Of a DNA stretch of 64,000 nucleotides, positions 57,039-64,000 are shown in pieces. The stretch covers positions 32,001 through 96,000 of the IMG/VR virus record IMGVR_UViG_3300031823_000001; one strand, given 5' to 3'. This DNA is from a virus. A program made the translations under genes and the position numbers. The number at the start of each line of letters is the position of its first letter. Within the stretch, counting starts at the first letter, position 1. Below the pieces are notes generated by a model. The model worked only from the letters and a program-made list of their open reading frames with translations, made no database searches and had not been told where the DNA came from.

Positions 57039-57551
57039 CTAGGACGGCAGCGGGTTGAGGTAGGCGTGCTCTCCGAACAGCTCCAGGGCAGCCTCGTTGT
57101 AGGCGCGGGCGCAGGCTTCCTGGCTGTCCGAGTGCAGGATGGTCCGAGTCTTTCCTTTTATGGTGATGCGGGCGCGCCACTTATTCATCTGCTTGTCCCA
57201 TCCGACCCCCTTGTACTTAGAGGTGTGCCGCGTAAGGTCCGGTCTTCTGTTCTTGTCATTGTGCAGGCCGTCGCGCAGGTTGCGGCGGCGGTTGTCCAGC
57301 GTGTCATGGAAGATGTGATCCGTGCGCGGGTATCCGGTGATCATCGAGTGCATGGAGATGATCTTGTAACCTCCGCCGATCTGACGGATGGCGGTGCGAG
57401 CGTACGGCCCGTTGGTACGTCCGTTGCGCTTGATTTCAAGCACGTGTCACCTGTGCCTGATGACCAGCTCGTAATCTTCGACGTCGATTCGTGCGACTCT
57501 CCCGGCTGCCTTCTTGCCGGACAGGGGAACCTCGATATGCGCCGTCGCCAA
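57039..57551 (-). pseudogene. HNH-AP2 homing endonuclease with internal TGA (57447-57449)
   Basis: GGAGG plus TTG start; ...DYELVIRHR*HV...; DH...DTLDNRR.NLR; AP2 SKYKGV.W....KW.ARI...ARAYN.AA..LFGEHA.LN. Confidence 0.8.
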
Positions 57552-57594
57552 TGGTGGGCCTCCGTGCTCATCGTCTCTAAGGGGGTGATGCACC

Positions 57595-59422
57595 TTGGCA
57601 AGCCAGTCTGATATTTCATCTCAGATCATCTCGGTCCTGGCGGCTAGCGAACCTGACCTTGACACCACCGTCGGTTCCGTGACCCGCAAGATCATCGACG
57701 CAGTTGCAGCTTCGATCTCAACTGCTTCGCTGGACCAGCAGATGTTGGCTTATCAATTAGCAATACGATATCAACTCGATGACCGGCGCCGCGCTCGACT
57801 CTTTCGTCCAGCTTTTCGGGATGTCCCGCTACCCGGCCACCCGGGCGGTCGGCACGGTTTCCTTCACCCGGGGCACCGCTGTCGATACCGCGACGGTCCC
57901 CTCCGGCCTCCAGATCGCCTCCGAAGACGGGTCGGTGGTAGCCGTCACCCTGACCGCCGTGATTCTCGACCCGGCGGCACTGAGCGGCACCGCGCCCGTC
58001 CAGGTGGTCACCGCCGGCCCGCAGGGCAACGTCGCCACCGGGACTCTCACACAGGTCCAGAGCCCGGTCGCCGAGATCACCGCCTGCACCAACGTCACCC
58101 CGCTGACCGGGGGGGCCAACCAGGAGACCGACACCCAGCTCCAGGCCCGGTGGAAGGCGACCGTCTTCAAGTCCATGGCCGGGACCAGCCAGATGTTCAT
58201 CGGCATCGCGACCAACGACCCGGACTGCACCGCCGCCAACGTGGTGGACGGGGCGACGAGGTTCCGCGAGCAGGTCCAGATCGCCAGCGGCGCGGCCACC
58301 TCCACGGTCTCCGACGCCCAGTACACCTACCCGTCGGGCCAGGTGGTCGGCCGGGACATCGACAACGGGGACGTCGCCGCGCCGGGCACCCAGTACATCT
58401 GGGACTACACAGCCGACCCGCCCTCGATCTCTGTCATCGACGCGAGCTACTTCCCCAACGCCGAGCTGGTTGACCTGTCGTTCCTCTACATGGACACCTA
58501 CTCGCGCAATTCGGCCGCCGCAGGGATCTACAGCCGGGTGGACGTCTGGTGCGCCGGCAGCCGCCCGGCGGCGGCTTCTGCGACGGTCAACTACCACAAC
58601 GCCACCACGTTCTCCAGCACCACCACCTCAAACTGGTACACGGGGGGCTTCGTGCGGCCCGACGGCACCGCGCCGGCCACGGGGAACGTCTTCGTCGCGC
58701 TGCCCTGGGGGCCGATCGTCACCCTGCCGCCGGTTCTGGTAGTCAACGGCGTCACCTACGGCCTGGCCACCCCCGTCTACCCGCTCGGCTCGGTGTCCGG
58801 CGGGGTCACCTACGCCTACCAGATCGTGCACCGCACCGGGGCGTTCGGCTGGAGCCCGTACTCTGACTTCGGCCTTGAGTGGGACGCTGCCTACCAGCCG
58901 CCCTCAGGGTCCGCGATCACCCTGAGCGAGAACTACACCTACAACAACGTCCCGGCCGCCATCCAGGCGGACCTGGAGAACTGGCGGCTGGCCGGCCAGG
59001 ACGTCCTCGCCCACCAGGGCATCCCGGTTTCCCTCCAGTTCTCCCTCGCGGTCATCTTCGACCCGAGCGTCACCCAGTCGGTCACCCAGACCTCGATCAA
59101 CACCAGCCTCCAGACCTATCTGTCGCAGCTCGGGTTCAACTCGCGGATCTACCCCTCCAGCGTCATCCAGGCAGTGGAGAGCACCCCGGGCGTCATCGCC
59201 TCCCGGTTCCTCACCGGGGCCGACTACCCCGCCTGGAACTCTGCGGCCCCCGACAACTTCAATGTCGGCATCCAGCAGGTCTACGAGGGCGTGGTGGCAC
59301 AGAGCTACGTGGACAGCGGGGGCAACCCGGTAGACGTCGCCCTCGGTGCGGCCCAGCTCCCGACGTTCGGCGGCGCGGTCGTCGTGCCGAAGGCTGGTAA
59401 CACCATGGGGCCGTTCAGCTAG
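57595..59422 (+). CDS. baseplate J-like protein, split by a 7-nt insert (57757-57763); about 606 aa if bypassed
   Basis: frame 1 ...DLDTTVGSVTRKIID...MLAYQ then TTA; second frame YDINSMTGAALD..VQLFG..R..AT.A.G.V.F; GG...ETD..L..R. Confidence 0.85.
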
Positions 59423-59440
59423 ACTGACGGCGGTCTCCTT

Positions 59441-59587
59441 GGACCAGGGGTTGGTGTCCCGCAGCGCGTCAACGCTGCGGGACACTTTCGTCCGCGTAGA
59501 GTGGTACTGCCTTTCTGGCTTGGGGATCGCACGTCCCGCAGCGTTGGCGCGCTGCGGGGCGTTTCCATGCCTGAGGGCAACTGGTCC
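59441..59587. repeat. intergenic pair of inverted palindromes (REP/BIME-like)
   Basis: 13-bp hairpins at 59454-59485 and 59531-59562 are near-inverted copies; GGACCAG/CTGGTCC closing. Confidence 0.7.
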
Positions 59588-59617
59588 TTCCTCCGCACGG
59601 AAGCAGGAGGAGGGAGC

Positions 59618-60973
59618 ATGCCGCAGGTACTCACCGGCACAGTGAACAGCGGGGTCATCAGCAACGGCGGGACTGACCTGTTCAGCTACCCGAACGTGCA
59701 GCAGGGCTCGGTGCTTGGCCTCCAGACGCCGTCCACCCAGCCGCTGCCGCCGGGCACCGCCACCGCGACCAACCTGATCAGCCCGCCGCTCCAGGTGGCC
59801 TCGCAGCTCCCCAACTTCCCGTCGAACGTCTACGACGTCTCCCCGACGAGCATGCTCTACCACTTCATGGCGGCGCTGCTGGGCGACGCGGGCACCGGGC
59901 AGCTCCTCAAGCGGAACATGATCTCCCGCCTCCAGCAGGCGATCACCAGCACCCACTTCTACGACCTGGACAGCTTCTACGGAGCGCTGTTCGGCGCGCA
60001 GCGCGGTCCCTCGGGCTCCCTGCCCGAGAACCCGAACACCGGCCAGCCGGTCAGCCCCTACACCGACCTGGCGTCCCCGGACGGCTGGGACGAGATCGAG
60101 GCGGCCGACGCCACGTTCCGGGAGCGGATCATCCAGCTTGCCCGCGCGATCACCCTCGGCGGCACGATGCCGGGCATGATCGCCCTGGCCGAGGCGGTCA
60201 CCGGGGTCACCTGCCAGGGCTGGGAGGCGTGGCGGCTCGGCGCGGCCGGGGGGCCGGACACGGTGACCTGGCAGGACGTCACCACCTCCTACTCCACCTG
60301 GCTGGCGACGGCCGGCCAGACCTGGGGCGCGATCGACGGCTACGTGCCGGACATCAACGTCAACGGCGTCCCCAGCGCTGTGGTGGTCGAGCCCCGCAAG
60401 CAGTACAACTCAACGCCCGAGGGCGCGGCCGAGCAGGGCAGCGACATGTTCGGGGTGCTGTCGGTGGTGGAGGTGCTCCGGCCGGCCGCGAGCATCGTCA
60501 GCTTCACCGACGGGATCTCCACGATGGTGCCGCTGACGATCGCCGGAGCATGGGCCGACTCGCAGAACTGGGAGCTGACGCACACCGTCACCCCGCCGGA
60601 TGCCTCTGTCCCTGCCTACTCGGCGGTAGCGAACTCCTACCAGGGCGTGAACGCCGGGCAGCTCCCCGCCGGGTCCTACGTCCAGCCACGGCCGCCGCTG
60701 TCGCGCTCGGGGTCGGGACAGTACAGCTACGCCCAGGAGGTCACCTCGGTGTCCTCCCGGGCCGTGCAGGGCTGGAACCCGGGCAGCGCGCAGGTCACCG
60801 ACGGGCAGAACTTCCAGTCGGTCGTGTTCCCCGGGGGCGCCGTCGGCCAGTACCAGGCCGCCCAGGGGGTCATGACGCCCGGCCGTGCCGGCTCGGCCCG
60901 CGCCGCCTCCAGCGTGGCCGTCAAGTGCGCCCCTTACTCCGGCCCCCGCGTCCCGGTGGCACGCGCGTCATGA
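59618..60973 (+). CDS. baseplate wedge / tail protein
   Basis: strong SD; follows baseplate J; DATFRERI..LA.AI..GGT..G. Confidence 0.7.
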   Translation: MPQVLTGTVNSGVISNGGTDLFSYPNVQQGSVLGLQTPSTQPLPPGTATATNLISPPLQVASQLPNFPSNVYDVSPTSMLYHFMAALLGDAGTGQLLKRNMISRLQQAITSTHFYDLDSFYGALFGAQRGPSGSLPENPNTGQPVSPYTDLASPDGWDEIEAADATFRERIIQLARAITLGGTMPGMIALAEAVTGVTCQGWEAWRLGAAGGPDTVTWQDVTTSYSTWLATAGQTWGAIDGYVPDINVNGVPSAVVVEPRKQYNSTPEGAAEQGSDMFGVLSVVEVLRPAASIVSFTDGISTMVPLTIAGAWADSQNWELTHTVTPPDASVPAYSAVANSYQGVNAGQLPAGSYVQPRPPLSRSGSGQYSYAQEVTSVSSRAVQGWNPGSAQVTDGQNFQSVVFPGGAVGQYQAAQGVMTPGRAGSARAASSVAVKCAPYSGPRVPVARAS

Positions 60974-63900
60974 CGAACTCTTTCGCCACTCCGGGCGCGT
61001 TCGCGATCCCCTCCACCGCGCCCGTCTACATCGACGGCATCCCGGCTGGCTCGGTCACCCCGGCGTCGTCGTCGGCCCAGTCGCAGCAGCGGTTCTGGTC
61101 CAGCCAGCCGCGCTACGCCGGGGACCAGACCGCCGAGGAGCTGGTCATCTCCCTCGGCCAGCCCCGGTACGTCAACTACGTCGCGTGCGAGCTGCCCCAT
61201 TTCCCGCACGCGGCCTACTTCTGGTGGTGGGACGGGGCGCAGTGGCAGTACCTGACCACCGCCAGCGGCATGCAGCTCATGATCATCACCAGCGGCTCGG
61301 TCCCCGCCCTGGTGGAGAACGCCGCTGCCCTGGGCGCCGGGATGAACCCCTACCACTACGGCGCGGGCCACTGGGTGAAGCACGACGAGCTGATCGTCCC
61401 GGTGACCACCTCCAAGATCCTCGTCCACCTCCAGCGGCCTGCCTCCCAGGCGGGCCAGCAGGTGCCCTGCGACCCCCACGGCCAGCCGGTGCCCTACCCG
61501 CTCGGCTGCCGGAACTTCGACCTCGGCTGCCGCGTCACCCAGCGGTCCCACGTGCCGCCCACGCTGCGGGACCCGGTGACGCTCAGCCAACGGCAGCCGT
61601 TCACGACCTCCTCCGACGTGAACGGCTCTGCGGTGCAGGTGGCGGTCCGGGAGAACCGGGCCGCCGACCTGCTCCAGGGCGGCACCTGGCGTTCCGCGCC
61701 GCAGCCCACCGCCGACTCGGTGGTGAACCTCTACATCGACGGCCGTGACGCAGACGGCAGCCCGCAGCTCGTCAGTGCCTTCAACCTCCAGCCGGTGACC
61801 TCCGGCGTCCGGTACAACCTCTACTACTCCGCCGACCCGCCCCCGGCCACGGCGACTTTCAGCGCGCTCGACGACCCGATCTCCTCCGGGCTGCTCAGCC
61901 CCGGCGGCTCCCAGTTCCCCGCGACCACCGGGCAGGGCATCTCCTTCGGGCAGGCGCCTGGGTGGCTCGACCTGTCCAACCAGGCGGCCGGGACGAACTC
62001 CTCCAGTCCCTGGTGGTGCGGGATCGAGGTCATGCCGCAGTTCAGCTCCGACGACGCCGGCACTTACGTCGTCGTGGACGGCGGGTCGTTCCAGCTTTCC
62101 TTCTCCGACGGAACCTGGCAGGTGACCGTCCCCGACCCGGACAGCCCCCAGGCAGTCCCGTCGGGCGGGGTGCTCGGCCAGTGGCAGTTCAGCTTCAGCC
62201 GGGGCGACCGCCTCCAGTTCTGCCACGGCTACGACGGGAACTACCTGTTCGCGTGGAGCCCGCAGGGCGGCCTGTGCCAGTCGGGGGCCACCTCCCCGCC
62301 GCCGTCCCCGGCGTTCCGCTTCGGCGCGCTCCGGTACATCGACCCGTCCGAGCAGGTCCTGGCCGGGAACTACATCCTGACCTGCTTCATCCTCAAGCAG
62401 GCGCTGGCCGACCTGTCCGACGGCATCCCGGGCGACTTCACGAGCTTCGCCGCCGGGGCCTCCGCGTACTGCACCGCGCCCGCCGGGGCACCCTCGACCA
62501 ACAACGCGGTCGCCCGGTTCCACCCCCAGTGGGTGCTCGGCAATGTCTGCCCGTGGGGTTTCGTGGGCGGTCCCGGGTCGTCGTTCGCGGCCTGCAACTG
62601 GGTCCAGGTCCCGCGCACCTACGTCCTGGCAGCCGGGTACGCCGAATTTGACGCGACCCTGGCAAGCTGCTGGAAGTTCGAGTTCACCTCCCTCCAGGCG
62701 GAGAACTACGACTACCTGGTGCCCGGTCCCCTGGACGGGCAGTACTTCCCGCCGCAGGCACAGCCGGCAGCCGCCCAGCAGAACCCGACCACCCCGGCGC
62801 AGCTCGACACCGGGCTGACCGTCGGCACTTCGATGGCGGCGGCTTTCCGGCTCGGCGACGCACCGCCGTCGTGGGCCGCTTCCCCGTCGCCCGGTACCGT
62901 GCTGGGCACCGAAGCGCTGTACGGCACCGACCCGCTCGCGGCGGCCCGCATGCAGCAGCAGGGCGGCGCACTGTACGGCTTCCAGCAGTGGCAGCCCGCC
63001 CAGGTGATCCCCGCCGGCTCCGGTCCGAGCGCCTACCAGCAGCAGAGCGTCCCGGTCAGCGGCCGGATCGCCTACTTCGTCGCCGTCTCCTCCGTCGCCA
63101 TGTACGCGATCGACTACACCCAGGCCGACGACACCCCGCAGTACCAGGAGACCTTCGCCACTCTCGACAACGTGGACGTCTCCAGCTTCGCGTTCGGCGG
63201 GTGGGACCTCCAGCCGGGCACCGGCCTGTTCACTCCGAGCAACCTGTCCCCGGCGGGCGCGACCGCGCAGAGCGTCGTGCTCAGCTCCACGCACCAGGTC
63301 ACCGGGCTCCAGTTCGCCACCGTCCAGTCCAACCCGGTCCAGCTCCTGGACGACTCGGACTTCGCCCAGGACGGCTTCCCGAGCTGGGGTCCCGTCGGCG
63401 ACGCCGTGCCCCTGGCGCCTTCCCCGCAGGAGTCCCAGCTCGGCATCATGGTCCAGGTGGCCCGGGGCGGCGCCCCGTCTGTCACCACTGCCTACGCCCC
63501 GGGGAGCTGGGAATACCTGGAGTCCACGTACGCCTCCTGGCAGCTCCTGGAGGCTGGGGTGCCCGCGTGGATCGACCTCGGGCTGCCGGCTGCCTCGTCG
63601 TCCTTCGGCGGCATCGGCTACACCGGAACCCCGGTGGCCACCTCGCCCGGCGGGCGCCTGTACACCGCCGCCCGGGTGTTCTCCCCGGTCGCCCTCACCG
63701 CGCCGCTGTACCTCCAGCTCCTGGACGGGGCGACCGGCACCGTCATCGCCGAGGCGGAGCAGGCAGTGGCGGGCGGGGCGGTTACCGAGTGGTTCGCGGG
63801 CTTCACCGTAGGCCAGTACACCGCCTCGACCAACACCTGGACCGACGTCGCCGGCGATTACGCCGCCTGGAGCGACACCGAGGGGCTGACCTGGAGCCAG

Positions 63901-64000
63901 GTCGATACCACCGTCGCGCCGCTGGGCGTCACCGTCACCGCCCAGGTGATCCAGAAGACGTCCACCGCCGACACCTGGGACGTGGACAACGTCAGCGTGT
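60970..64000 (+). CDS. large baseplate / tail fibre-associated protein, runs off the window end
   Basis: ATGA coupling; frame appears open for over 1000 codons; discoidin-like FWSSQP...EELVI.L...VNY and LamG-like segments. Confidence 0.75.
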   Translation, partial: MTNSFATPGAFAIPSTAPVYIDGIPAGSVTPASSSAQSQQRFWSSQPRYAGDQTAEELVISLGQPRYVNYVACELPHFPHAAYFWWWDGAQWQYLTTASGMQLMIITSGSVPALVENAAALGAGMNPYHYGAGHWVKHDELIVPVTTSKILVHLQRPASQAGQQVPCDPHGQPVPYPLGCRNFDLGCRVTQRSHVPPTLRDPVTLSQRQPFTTSSDVNGSAVQVAVRENRAADLLQGGTWRSAPQPTADSVVNLYIDGRDADGSPQLVSAFNLQPVTSGVRYNLYYSADPPPATATFSALDDPISSGLLSPGGSQFPATTGQGISFGQAPGWLDLSNQAAGTNSSSPWWCGIEVMPQFSSDDAGTYVVVDGGSFQLSFSDGTWQVTVPDPDSPQAVPSGGVLGQWQFSFSRGDRLQFCHGYDGNYLFAWSPQGGLCQSGATSPPPSPAFRFGALRYIDPSEQVLAGNYILTCFILKQALADLSDGIPGDFTSFAAGASAYCTAPAGAPSTNNAVARFHPQWVLGNVCPWGFVGGPGSSFAACNWVQVPRTYVLAAGYAEFDATLASCWKFEFTSLQAENYDYLVPGPLDGQYFPPQAQPAAAQQNPTTPAQLDTGLTVGTSMAAAFRLGDAPPSWAASPSPGTVLGTEALYGTDPLAAARMQQQGGALYGFQQWQPAQVIPAGSGPSAYQQQSVPVSGRIAYFVAVSSVAMYAIDYTQADDTPQYQETFATLDNVDVSSFAFGGWDLQPGTGLFTPSNLSPAGATAQSVVLSSTHQVTGLQFATVQSNPVQLLDDSDFAQDGFPSWGPVGDAVPLAPSPQESQLGIMVQVARGGAPSVTTAYAPGSWEYLESTYASWQLLEAGVPAWIDLGLPAASSSFGGIGYTGTPVATSPGGRLYTAARVFSPVALTAPLYLQLLDGATGTVIAEAEQAVAGGAVTEWFAGFTVGQYTASTNTWTDVAGDYAAWSDTEGLTWSQVDTTVAPLGVTVTAQVIQKTSTADTWDVDNVSV

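Noticed and set aside
43593-57763. Group I/II introns explaining the split tube and baseplate J genes
   Set aside because: Gaps are only 8 and 7 nt and the endonucleases lie outside the genes; no room for a ribozyme.

Overview
High-GC (about 70%) actinobacteriophage DNA from a large myovirus with the gene layout of Bxz1/cluster C-like and large Streptomyces myophages. The window covers the head genes (two modular polyproteins including the protease/scaffold, decoration protein, major capsid), head-tail genes, a minus-strand array of about 40 tRNA genes mixed with atypical tRNA-like RNAs, a bldC homologue, a symmetric repeat and AT-rich locus that may be an origin, and the contractile tail/baseplate operon. 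bldC, DUF397 and lsr2 suggest a filamentous actinomycete host. Main finding: two essential virion genes (tail tube, baseplate J) are each broken by a 7-8 nt insert that starts with an in-frame TTA and ends in a repeat or near-repeat of the preceding codon (CAA-TTA-G-CAA; TGG-TTA-AT-TGT). Each insert lies in an AT-rich recoded tract next to a divergent HNH endonuclease gene. This suggests UUA-triggered ribosomal bypass elements travelling with homing endonucleases, in a phage whose tRNA array lacks tRNA-Leu(UAA). Other notable signals: a permuted tRNA-like RNA, tRNA-like RNAs with large insertions, a 16-bp inverted repeat bracketing the tRNA array, two recurring promoter-like motifs, and enzyme modules embedded in head polyproteins. 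All calls come from reading the sequence by eye; no database searches were run.
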